From Desulfurella sp. (lineage in GTDB: Bacteria; Campylobacterota_A; Desulfurellia; Desulfurellales; Desulfurellaceae), in assembly GCA_031960885.1 (NCBI GenBank), contig JAVRLY010000013.1, positions 1-24,725 of the forward strand: a stretch of DNA of 24,725 bases, written 5' to 3'. Of the stretch, positions 1 to 8,393 are shown piece after piece; within the stretch, counting starts at the first letter, position 1, and each line of letters begins with the position of its first letter. Both the position numbers and the translations under genes were made by a program. Below the pieces are notes generated by a model. The model was not told where the DNA came from, made no database searches, and was given only the letters and a program-made list of their open reading frames with translations.

Positions 1-3000
1 GTTTTAGTAGTTTATATATTATGTCGTTTAATTCCAAGTCTGGACAAGATGGGTATCCAGGTGAGTATCTTAATCCTTGATACGATTTTATAGAAAAATT
101 AACATCATTCAAACTATGTGATTCATTATTTGCAATATTTAATTCAATACGGATTTGCTTATGTATAATTTCTGCCAAACTTTCAGTTAATTCTATACCT
201 AACCCGTGAATTAAATGATACTTTTTATATTCACCATTTTTAAATAATGACTGTTCAAATGATGAAAACTCTTTGCCAGCCGATACCAAACTAAATGCAA
301 CAGTATCGTTTATATCATGTCTAAAGTAATCAGCCAAGCTTAAGTAAGGCTCGTGCTCGACTCTTTTAAAATACATTGCATATTTTGCAAAATTTATAGC
401 TTCTTGAATATCTAAATCATTTGTTAATAAAGAAGAATTTTCATCAAATATATACAAAGAAGCGCCTTTTGTGTCGTTGTTTTTCAATCTCAATACAGAA
501 TCAGACCTGCAGGCAAAATAACCGTATACGATTAATGGCTGAAAAATATTTTTTTCTATAAGAAGTGATTTTAATTTTTCAAAGTTCGGCAAAATCTCGT
601 TTTCTTTAAGTTTTTCATACTCTTCTTTACTTAAATCGCCTTTTTTATAACCCCATGAACGTACAAACAAAGCTGTCTTATTTATCCAATCAAATGCAAG
701 GTTTTGAATATATCTGTAGTTTTGTGTATTTTGCGACACAAAAACTCTGGAACCAAAAAAAGGCGGCTTTGGTACATTTTGAGGTTTTGGCAAAACAATA
801 TTTTCTAAAGATATGTTAACACTTGGCATGCTTAGTATTTTTTGCTTTTTTGGCGATGCTACAAGAGATTGTTTTTTGCTTTCAATAACTGATATAGCTT
901 TTAAACCATCAAAAGCATCTTTACAATAAAATACGTCTGCAGAGTATATGGGCTTACAGTATTCCTCTACAAATTTGCTATTTAAGGCTGCTCCACCAAG
1001 TAATACAGGAATTTTCAAACCTTGTTTTTCAAATTCATCTAAATTATTTTTCATTTCTATAGTTGATTTTACCAAAAGCCCACTCATACCTATACAATCT
1101 GCATTGTGCTTTTTTGCCGCATCGATAAATACTTGCGCTTCGACACGCGTACCCAAATTGATAACATTGTAGCCATTGTTTGTAAAAATTATATCAACAA
1201 GATTTTTACCCACATCGTGCACATCGCCTTTTACTGTTCCCAAAACAAGCGTAAGTTGTTTGTTTTCTTTCTTTTTATCCATAAATTGATTTAAATAATC
1301 AACACATTTTTTCATACTTTCAGCTGAAGCCAGTACAAATGGCAATTGCATTTTGCCTTCGCCAAAAAGTTCGCCTACAGTTTTCATTGCCTCGACAAGT
1401 AAATCTGTTACAATTTTGTCTGGCGCAATATTGTGGCGCGCTTTTTCTACGGCTTCTATTAGTTTGTCCGTTTGAGCATTTATTAAAAGTTTTTTTATTT
1501 TATCCTCAATAGGTAAGTCATCGTAGATTTCTTTTTCTTCTATTTTTTCGCTATCAGAAAAATGATTAATAAAATTTAATAATGGATCACCATTTTGCCA
1601 ATCGTTGAAAATTAGTTTTTCGCAAATGTCTCGATCTTTTTCATTTATTAGATTGTATGCAATAAGGTTTTTTGGGTTTACAATAGACATAGTTAGGCCA
1701 TTTTTAACAGCATGGTATAAAAATACAGAATTTAAGTATTTTCTGGCTTGGGCTTTGAGTCCAAATGACACATTTGATATGCCAAGCACCGCACCTACTT
1801 CTTTATGGGTACTTTTTAATTCTTTAATCGCCTCAATTGTATCTTTAGCTGCATTTCGATACTCATCTTCTGCTGATGCAACTGTAAATGTGAGCAAATC
1901 AAATACCAAATTGGATGATTTAAGGCCGTTTTTTAGGGCTCTATCAAGCATTCTATATGCAATTTCCAGTTTGCGCTCTTTTGTTTTTGCCATACCTTTT
2001 TCATCTATAGCAAGCAATACGAGCGCACTTCCGAACCTATTTGCAAGCTCGCAAATTCTATCAAATTTATCAACACCATCTTCCAAGTTTGCTGAGTTTA
2101 TTATTGGTTTGCCCCCAATGAGCTTTAAAGCCTTTAGCAATGTGTTTGGTTGAGTGGAATCAACCATCAAAGGAACTGCAATCTTTTGATTAAACCTGCT
2201 AATTACATCTATCATGTCTTTTTCTTCGTTGCGTCCTGCAAAATTAACGCTAATATCTAAAGCTTTTGCGCCACTTTGGATTTGCTCTTGAGCTATTGTG
2301 AGTATTGCATCGTAGTCTTCTTTCAATAACAATTCTCTAAATTGCTTAGACCCTGTAGCATTGGTACGCTCACCTACAAAAAAAGGCGGCGGATCTTGAA
2401 AGAGTGGTTCGCTAATATAAAGGCTTGCAAGCGCTTTAGGCGTTTCCCCTTTTGGCGGTTTTGGTTGTAAATTTCTAATTTTTTCATATAGGGCTTTAAT
2501 ATGCTTTGGCGTTGTACCACAGCAACCTCCAATAATAGTAACGCCATCTATATCACAAAATTTTAACTCAGCTGAAGCGAAACTTTCTGGATCCATTGGG
2601 TAGCAAACTTTACCATTTACATTTTCTGGTAACCCCGCATTTGCGTGTATTGAAATAAAACCGCCCCAATTTTCAGACAATCTTTTTAAATGTGTTTCAA
2701 CTTGAATTGGACCACTTCCGCAATTTAACCCAAGCGTTAATATATCAAATGGCTCTAATATTGCAGCAAGTGTAACAACGTCTGTTCCAATGAGCATTTG
2801 GCCATTGAGTTCGATTGTAGCAGACACCATAATAGGAATATCTTTTTGTTTGTTTTTAATTGCATCAAAGCAACCATTAAGTGCTGCTTTAATTTGGAGT
2901 GGGTCTTGAAATGTTTCAAGCAAGATTATATCTACTCCGCCATCAATCAAACCAGATGCTGCCAAAAAGTATCCATTGTGCATTGTGTCAAAATCAATTT

Positions 3001-3382
3001 GACCAAGTGAAGGCAATTTAGTTCCAGGACCAAGCGAACCAGCAACGAATTTTGGGTTATTATTTAAATCTAATTGTTCTTTGGCACTTTTTGCAATAAA
3101 AGCTGCTTGTTTGGCAATCTCATAAGTTTTATTTTGCAAGCCATATTCTTCAAGCACCCACGGTAAAGCTCCAAAGCTATTGGTTTTTGTAATATCTGCA
3201 CCAGCTTGTAGATAATCTATATGGATACTTCTAATAATATCTGGCCTTGTTATATTTAATACTTCATTGCACCCGACTTTTCCATCCCAGTCTGAGATAG
3301 ACAAGTTATAGGATTGAAGCAATGTCCCCATTGCGCCATCTAATATGAGATAGTGTTTTCCAACTAAATCTTTAATGTTCAA
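1..3382 (-). CDS. metH: Cobalamin-dependent methionine synthase (3' end runs off the window)
   Basis: Manual translation of the - strand: TTG start at 3382 with GGAGG SD 9 nt upstream; ILDGAMGT, LGLNCGSGP and IIGGCCGTTP (Zn/homocysteine domain), GERTNATGSK (pterin domain), GDVHDVGKN (B12 DxHxxG), RYSPGYPSCPD (activation domain). The frame reaches base 1 without a stop, which probably explains its absence from the ORF track. Confidence 0.96.
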   Translation of the reverse strand, partial: MNIKDLVGKHYLILDGAMGTLLQSYNLSISDWDGKVGCNEVLNITRPDIIRSIHIDYLQAGADITKTNSFGALPWVLEEYGLQNKTYEIAKQAAFIAKSAKEQLDLNNNPKFVAGSLGPGTKLPSLGQIDFDTMHNGYFLAASGLIDGGVDIILLETFQDPLQIKAALNGCFDAIKNKQKDIPIMVSATIELNGQMLIGTDVVTLAAILEPFDILTLGLNCGSGPIQVETHLKRLSENWGGFISIHANAGLPENVNGKVCYPMDPESFASAELKFCDIDGVTIIGGCCGTTPKHIKALYEKIRNLQPKPPKGETPKALASLYISEPLFQDPPPFFVGERTNATGSKQFRELLLKEDYDAILTIAQEQIQSGAKALDISVNFAGRNEEKDMIDVISRFNQKIAVPLMVDSTQPNTLLKALKLIGGKPIINSANLEDGVDKFDRICELANRFGSALVLLAIDEKGMAKTKERKLEIAYRMLDRALKNGLKSSNLVFDLLTFTVASAEDEYRNAAKDTIEAIKELKSTHKEVGAVLGISNVSFGLKAQARKYLNSVFLYHAVKNGLTMSIVNPKNLIAYNLINEKDRDICEKLIFNDWQNGDPLLNFINHFSDSEKIEEKEIYDDLPIEDKIKKLLINAQTDKLIEAVEKARHNIAPDKIVTDLLVEAMKTVGELFGEGKMQLPFVLASAESMKKCVDYLNQFMDKKKENKQLTLVLGTVKGDVHDVGKNLVDIIFTNNGYNVINLGTRVEAQVFIDAAKKHNADCIGMSGLLVKSTIEMKNNLDEFEKQGLKIPVLLGGAALNSKFVEEYCKPIYSADVFYCKDAFDGLKAISVIESKKQSLVASPKKQKILSMPSVNISLENIVLPKPQNVPKPPFFGSRVFVSQNTQNYRYIQNLAFDWINKTALFVRSWGYKKGDLSKEEYEKLKENEILPNFEKLKSLLIEKNIFQPLIVYGYFACRSDSVLRLKNNDTKGASLYIFDENSSLLTNDLDIQEAINFAKYAMYFKRVEHEPYLSLADYFRHDINDTVAFSLVSAGKEFSSFEQSLFKNGEYKKYHLIHGLGIELTESLAEIIHKQIRIELNIANNESHSLNDVNFSIKSYQGLRYSPGYPSCPDLELNDIIYKLLK

Positions 3383-3406
3383 TTCTTCATGCCTCCAGCA
3401 AACTAG

Positions 3407-3434
3407 ATTATATAAAAAATTAACATTTTTACAA
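3407..3434 (-). promoter_or_regulatory. Putative sigma70 promoter for metH
   Basis: - strand TTGTAA (3434-3429), 16-nt spacer, TATAAT (3412-3407), just upstream of the metH SD. Confidence 0.55.
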
Positions 3435-3451
3435 TGAGCCTTTTGTTAAAC

Positions 3452-3480
3452 TTGATTTTTGCAAGCACTAAATATATAAT
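3452..3480 (+). promoter_or_regulatory. Putative sigma70 promoter for the tRNA-Arg/ffs/dnaX unit
   Basis: TTGATT (3452-3457), 17-nt spacer, TATAAT (3475-3480), 23 nt upstream of the tRNA. Confidence 0.7.
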
Positions 3481-3503
3481 CAAAAACGAAGAGTAGGGTA
3501 TTA

Positions 3504-3580
3504 GCGCCCATAGCTCAGTTGGATAGAGCGCAAGATTGCGGTTCTTGAGGCCAGAGGTTCGAATCCTCTTGGGCGCGCCA
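3504..3580 (+). tRNA. tRNA-Arg, anticodon GCG, with encoded CCA
   Basis: Acceptor stem GCGCCCA/TGGGCGC, D arm GCTC-AGTTGGATA-GAGC (A20 Arg identity element), anticodon arm CAAGA-TTGCGGT-TCTTG, T arm AGAGG-TTCGAAT-CCTCT, G73-CCA; 77 nt. Confidence 0.96.
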
Positions 3581-3586
3581 CTTTTA

Positions 3587-3701
3587 GCGATACCCACCTT
3601 TGGAGCTACTTGTGGGAGCGTTTGCAAACCCCGCCAGGTCCGGAAGGAAGCAACGGTAGCAAATCGACTCCTAGCAGGTAAACTTTATTGGTGGGTATCG
3701 C
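3587..3701 (+). ncRNA. ffs: Signal recognition particle RNA (4.5S, small bacterial SRP)
   Basis: Helix-8 signature CCGCCAGGTCCGGAAGGAAGCAACGG (about 3631-3656) within a long hairpin closed by GCGATACCCACC/GGTGGGTATCGC; canonical position upstream of dnaX. Ends are approximate. Confidence 0.93.
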
Positions 3702-3716
3702 TAAGGAAGGCAAAGA

Positions 3717-4931
3717 ATGTATATAGTTTTTGCAAGAAAGTATAGGCCTCAATCGCTTGATGAAGTAATAGGACAAGATATTGTTGTAAAAACAATAAAA
3801 AATGCAATTGAACAAAAAAGGCTTTATCATTCTATCTTATTTTATGGTTCTATGGGTACAGGTAAAACTTCGCTTGCAAGAATTATAGCAAAATCTCTCA
3901 ATTGTGAAAAAGGACCAACTGTAAATCCTTGCGGCCAATGTGAACACTGCATAGCCATACAAGAAAGCAGAAGCGTTGATGTAATAGAAATTGATGGAGC
4001 TTCAAATAGACGTATTGATGATGCAAGAAATATTATAGAAAGTACACGTTATGCACCACTTAGTGCACGCTTTAAAATCTTCATCATTGACGAAGTTCAT
4101 ATGCTAACAGAAGAAGCATTCAATGCTTTATTAAAAATAATTGAAGAGCCACCAGACTATGTCAAATTTATATTTGCTACTACAAACATAGAAAAAGTAC
4201 CTCAAACAATCCTTTCAAGGTGTCAGATTTTTAAACTCAATAAAATTACACCAGATAACATTTATGTAAAACTCAAAAAGATATTAGAGTCAGAAGATAT
4301 GCAAATGGATGACGATGGTATAAAACTAATTTCCAAAGTGTCATCAGGTTCTTTGAGGGTAGCAGAAAACTATTTGGACCGGGTGGTTGCTTATAAAAAT
4401 CAAGATATTAATGTACAAGATGTTTCGTATGTGCTTGGTGTTGCAGATTATAACGTAATTGATAATTTTATTGATGCTATTGTTAATTTTGATTCAAAAT
4501 TAGCTTTTGAAAAAATTGAATACATATATGAGCATAATTTAAAGATAGAAATATTTGTTGAGATGTTACTTGAGCGTTTAATTATCTTGGATATCGATCT
4601 AGAATTAAAATCAGCTTTTATTAAGTTTTTTTATGATGCATATTTGCAAATAAAGTATAAAGTTGATGACATTGTTGCCTTAAAGGTTGCAACACAAAAA
4701 TCGCTTGCAATAAAGAATTTGACAAAAATTGAAGATTTAATACAACATGTAAATAGCATATCTGTATATTCAAATACTGAAAAAAAAACTAAAACAGATA
4801 GTATAAGCTCAGATGATAATTTTGATAACAAAAGCAGTGTTGTAGCAGAAAATAATACTGATGAGACTATAGACAAATTCGATAAAATGGTTATTGATAT
4901 CTTTGGTGGAGAAATAATTACAAAGAGGTGA
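3717..4931 (+). CDS. dnaX: DNA polymerase III subunit gamma/tau
   Basis: ARKYRPQ, Walker A GSMGTGKTS, Zn module CEKG..PCGQCEHC, IIDEVHML, NALLKIIEEPP, SRC motif; SD AAGGAAGG at 3703-3710. Confidence 0.97.
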   Translation: MYIVFARKYRPQSLDEVIGQDIVVKTIKNAIEQKRLYHSILFYGSMGTGKTSLARIIAKSLNCEKGPTVNPCGQCEHCIAIQESRSVDVIEIDGASNRRIDDARNIIESTRYAPLSARFKIFIIDEVHMLTEEAFNALLKIIEEPPDYVKFIFATTNIEKVPQTILSRCQIFKLNKITPDNIYVKLKKILESEDMQMDDDGIKLISKVSSGSLRVAENYLDRVVAYKNQDINVQDVSYVLGVADYNVIDNFIDAIVNFDSKLAFEKIEYIYEHNLKIEIFVEMLLERLIILDIDLELKSAFIKFFYDAYLQIKYKVDDIVALKVATQKSLAIKNLTKIEDLIQHVNSISVYSNTEKKTKTDSISSDDNFDNKSSVVAENNTDETIDKFDKMVIDIFGGEIITKR

Positions 4932-4934
4932 TTT

Positions 4935-5258
4935 ATGGCAAAAGGTTTTGGTGGATTTGATATGGGCTCATTAATGAGCCAGGCAAAAAAAATGCAAAAA
5001 GAAATTGAACGTATCCAACAAGAAGCAGCAAAAGAAATTACACAAGTTAGCGTTGGCGGTGGTATGGTAAGCGTTAGCGCAAATGGTGATGGGGAAATTG
5101 TTGAAATAAAAATCTCAAAAGAATTGTTGAGTGATGATATTGATATGCTTGAAGATTTATTGCTTTCTGGCGTTAACGAAGCAATTAGAAAGGCAAAAGA
5201 AAAAGTCAAAGAAAAAATGTCAGCACTAACTGGTGGAATGAATATACCTGGTTTATGA
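4935..5258 (+). CDS. ybaB: YbaB/EbfC nucleoid-associated protein
   Basis: MSQAKKMQ..GGGMVSV..DMLEDLLLSGVNEA..TGGMNIPGL; lies between dnaX and recR. Confidence 0.95.
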   Translation: MAKGFGGFDMGSLMSQAKKMQKEIERIQQEAAKEITQVSVGGGMVSVSANGDGEIVEIKISKELLSDDIDMLEDLLLSGVNEAIRKAKEKVKEKMSALTGGMNIPGL

Positions 5259-5830
5259 TTAAACAAATTAACAATTTAGTTGAATCAATAACAAAGCTAC
5301 CTGGAATCGGTCAAAAAAGCGCACTAAGGTACGCTTTATGGTTTGTAAATCATCCACTTGATGCCAAAGAAATAGCTAAGAATATAGAATCAGCACTAAG
5401 TTTAAAAAAATGTGAAGCATGCGCCAATTTATGCGAAGGTGAAATTTGTGAAATCTGCTTAGATAAAAATAGGGATAAATCTACGATTTGCGTCGTAGAA
5501 ACTGTTGAAACACTGCTTAATTTAGAATTTCAACAGATTTATAATGGTGTGTATTTTGTTTTATGGGGTTTGATTTCACCCATTGAAGGTATTTACGCAA
5601 ACGATTTAGGGCTTGATAAACTTAAAGAAAAAGCAAAGCATGCAAAAGAAGTCATATTAATGTTGGATGATTCAATCGAAGGCAATCTCACAGCGCAATA
5701 CATCTTAGAAATACTACCGAAAGATATCAAAGTAACAAAACCAGCTTCCGGTATACCAGTTGGATACAACATTGATTCGCTTGATAAATTAACTTTACAA
5801 AAGGCATTTCAAAATAGAGTGCCTTACTAG
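5255..5830 (+). CDS. recR: Recombination mediator RecR
   Basis: LPGIGQKSALR HhH motif, C4 zinc finger CEAC..CEIC, ICVVET, Toprim domain, ASGIPVG; ATGA overlap with ybaB. Confidence 0.95.
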   Translation: MIKQINNLVESITKLPGIGQKSALRYALWFVNHPLDAKEIAKNIESALSLKKCEACANLCEGEICEICLDKNRDKSTICVVETVETLLNLEFQQIYNGVYFVLWGLISPIEGIYANDLGLDKLKEKAKHAKEVILMLDDSIEGNLTAQYILEILPKDIKVTKPASGIPVGYNIDSLDKLTLQKAFQNRVPY

Positions 5831-5843
5831 AGGGGTGTAATTT

Positions 5844-6176
5844 ATGAATATAGCTGATTTGAGTACAATTATTGAAATTGAGTCAAAAGAAGAAAAAATT
5901 GAAAACTATGAGACAGGTTCATGGCGTGTTGAGCGTCCAATATGGAATGAAAAAACGTGTATTAATTGTTTATTTTGCTGGCAGTATTGTCCTGATGCAT
6001 CCATTTTGTTAGATAACAATGGAAAAATGGCTGGCATTGATTATCACCATTGCAAAGGTTGTGGCATTTGTGTAGACGTATGCCCAACAAAACCAAAATC
6101 GCTTGTTATGGTCCTTGAAAGCGAGGTTCAAGAAAAAGGTTTAGATACAGTAAAATCCCAAGTATTTAAGATTTAG
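5844..6176 (+). CDS. porD: 2x[4Fe-4S] ferredoxin, pyruvate/2-oxoacid:ferredoxin oxidoreductase delta-subunit type
   Basis: TGSWRVERP, CINCLFCWQYCPD and IDYHHCKGCGICVDVCP, typical of PorD; SD GAGGGG upstream. Confidence 0.85.
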   Translation: MNIADLSTIIEIESKEEKIENYETGSWRVERPIWNEKTCINCLFCWQYCPDASILLDNNGKMAGIDYHHCKGCGICVDVCPTKPKSLVMVLESEVQEKGLDTVKSQVFKI

Positions 6177-7363
6177 GGTAAATTTTCCTTTACTAACAAA
6201 GAGGCTTTTGAAAGCCCAGCTAAATATAAAGAGCCTGCGATAAATATATTGTGGTAATTTGTATCTAAAGCACACATCAAACACTCGTTTACATCGTTAA
6301 AAAAAGTGTATTTCTCTATGATGTGAGAGATATCTGATTCTTCAATTGAGTTTTGGTTAGTAATCTTTGTTATAAATATATTTTCAAAATGCTCGGATAG
6401 AATTTTAAGGATTTGGTCGTAGTTCTTTTGTTTTAAACTAGAATAAATCAAAAGTTTTGAGCCTTTAATTTTCTTTGCACACTCCAAAAATCTTCTTGCT
6501 CCATCTACATTATGCGCCCCATCGATAATAACTGTCTTATTTGACGATTTTATGACCTCAAAGCGAGCAGGCCAATAAGTTTTGTGTATAGCATTTGTTT
6601 CTAAACCCAAATTATAATGCTTATTTAAAACATCAATTGCAAGCATAGCGCATGCGAGGTTTTCTTTTTCATAGTCGCATACTAAAAATTCTAAATCAAA
6701 CGAATTGGCTTTATTTAGATAGTGTTCATCAACAAAATATAATGGTATTGTTTTGGATGATTGTATTAAATTAACAACACTACGAGAGTTTTTACCTACA
6801 ACACCAATATTTTTAATTATAGCCATCTTAGTTTTTGTTATTTTGTCAATTGTATCACCTAAATGTTGCGTATGGTCTAGAGAAACACTAGTTAAAACAC
6901 TCAATATAGGGTCAACTACATTTGTTGCATCAAATTCCCCACCCATACCAACTTCAATGATTGCAAACTCTACGTTAAATTTTTTAAAGACAAGAAAACT
7001 CAACACTGTCAAAAATTCAAAGTACGTAACATTAAATTTTTTTCCTAACTGCTCGATATCCAAAGCAAGTTCTAATAGTGTATCAAAATCAACATTATTA
7101 TTATTTACTTTAATACGCTCATTCAATAAAATTAAATGAGGCGATGTATACAGTCCCGTAGTATAGCCTTTTGAGCAAAAACTATCGCATAACATTTGAG
7201 CTACGCTTCCTTTTCCGTTTGTGCCGCCAATTAGTATGCTCTTAAATGCTCTTTGGGGGTTTGATAGCGCTTCAAGCATAGCCCTTATGCGCTCAAGGCC
7301 CAGTTTAATCGAATATGGTTGAAATTGCTCCAAAAGATGTTTTAATTTTAAATAGCTTTGCAT
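6173..7363 (-). CDS. folC: Bifunctional folylpolyglutamate synthase/dihydrofolate synthase
   Basis: IKLGLERI, GTNGKGS, YTSPHL, EVGMGGEFDATN, DGAHN, AGSLYLAG. Confidence 0.95.
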   Translation of the reverse strand: MQSYLKLKHLLEQFQPYSIKLGLERIRAMLEALSNPQRAFKSILIGGTNGKGSVAQMLCDSFCSKGYTTGLYTSPHLILLNERIKVNNNNVDFDTLLELALDIEQLGKKFNVTYFEFLTVLSFLVFKKFNVEFAIIEVGMGGEFDATNVVDPILSVLTSVSLDHTQHLGDTIDKITKTKMAIIKNIGVVGKNSRSVVNLIQSSKTIPLYFVDEHYLNKANSFDLEFLVCDYEKENLACAMLAIDVLNKHYNLGLETNAIHKTYWPARFEVIKSSNKTVIIDGAHNVDGARRFLECAKKIKGSKLLIYSSLKQKNYDQILKILSEHFENIFITKITNQNSIEESDISHIIEKYTFFNDVNECLMCALDTNYHNIFIAGSLYLAGLSKASLLVKENLP

Positions 7364-7680
7364 ACAACAACTGCCACTGCATAATCATCTGTATGTGATA
7401 TACTAATATTAGCGTTAAACTTGTCATTATCGATGTAAATTTCTGGTGCGCCATTTTCGTTATGCAGGATGTTGATTTTATTAAATGGTATTTTCATATT
7501 TGTTGCTTTATAAAAGGCTTCTTTTGCGCAAAAAATTCCACACAAATGAATATGAGGGTGCTTTTTTGAAAAACAATAATCTAACTCTTGTTGAGAAAAA
7601 AACCTCAGCAGTGTTTTAATGCTAAATCTTTTTAATATATTTTCAAATCTTTTTGTTTGTTCTATATCTATTCCAACCAT
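7348..7680 (-). CDS. acpS: Holo-[acyl-carrier-protein] synthase
   Basis: MVGIDIE, FCAKEAFYKA, GAP, ISISHTDDYAVAVV; start moved to ATG 7680 (overlaps the pdxJ stop); pdxJ-acpS is a known gene pair. Confidence 0.93.
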   Translation of the reverse strand: MVGIDIEQTKRFENILKRFSIKTLLRFFSQQELDYCFSKKHPHIHLCGIFCAKEAFYKATNMKIPFNKINILHNENGAPEIYIDNDKFNANISISHTDDYAVAVVVCKAI

Positions 7681-8393
7681 CGGGCTTTTTCTATAATCTG
7701 TTTCATTTGTATAATGGCTTCTTTTAAACCGCAAAACACAGCTTTAGAAATAATTGAATGACCTATATTAAGCTCTTCAATTTCTTTGATTTTTGCTATA
7801 AGATAAACGTTTTTATAGTTTAAACCATGCCCAGCATGCACATAAAGTCCTAAACTTTTTGCAAATTGAGCCGCTTGTAAAATTTCATTAGCAAAGTGGA
7901 ATTGTTTTTGTAATGGTGCATTTGCATATTCTCCTGTGTGTATCTCAATTGAATCTGCGCCAATCTTTTTTGATTCTTCTATCTGTTTTTTGTCTGGGTT
8001 TATAAATAGACTAACAAGTATGCCTTTTGAATGCAATTTTTCAATAACTTCTTTTATTTGTTGAGCATTAGAGACAACATCAAGCCCCCCTTCTGTGGTT
8101 AGCTCTTGTCTTCTTTCTGGTACCAATGTTGCTTGATGAGGTTTTACTTCTAAGGCAAAATCAACAATATCGCTAGCAATGCTCATTTCCAAATTTAGTG
8201 GTATTTTTATAGCATTTTTTATAGCAATTACATCACTTTCTTGAATATGGCGTCTATCCTCTCTTAGGTGCATTGTAACATTGTCAGCTAAAGCTTCTTG
8301 AACAATAAATGCAGCATAGAGTGGCTCTGGTTCAATACCAAGCCTTGCTTGTCTAAGTGTAGCTATATGGTCAATATTAACTCCAAGTCTCAT
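7668..8393 (-). CDS. pdxJ: Pyridoxine 5'-phosphate synthase
   Basis: LGVNIDHIATLRQAR, HLREDRRHIQ, LVPERRQELTTEGGLD, IEIHTG, HAGHGL, ELNIGHSI. Confidence 0.97.
   Translation of the reverse strand: MRLGVNIDHIATLRQARLGIEPEPLYAAFIVQEALADNVTMHLREDRRHIQESDVIAIKNAIKIPLNLEMSIASDIVDFALEVKPHQATLVPERRQELTTEGGLDVVSNAQQIKEVIEKLHSKGILVSLFINPDKKQIEESKKIGADSIEIHTGEYANAPLQKQFHFANEILQAAQFAKSLGLYVHAGHGLNYKNVYLIAKIKEIEELNIGHSIISKAVFCGLKEAIIQMKQIIEKARWLE

Noticed and set aside
948..3010. + strand ORFs 948-1172, 1106-1294, 1605-2153, 2798-3010
   Set aside because: Antisense shadows of metH; no recognisable motifs.
1..3382. metH as a pseudogene because it is missing from the ORF track
   Set aside because: Manual translation found no in-frame stop in the parts read, and the frame is consistent from start to window edge; it lacks a stop only because it is cut off.
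3383..3450. SAM or cobalamin riboswitch upstream of metH
   Set aside because: The putative -10 lies ~25 nt from the start codon, leaving no room, and no conserved aptamer motif is visible.
3403..3830. ORFs 3403-3627 (-), 3536-3745 (+), 3606-3830 (-)
   Set aside because: They overlap the tRNA, SRP RNA and dnaX start; spurious translations of structured RNA.
4631..5266. 211-aa - strand ORF
   Set aside because: Antisense to dnaX/ybaB with Ser/Ile/Phe-rich shadow composition.
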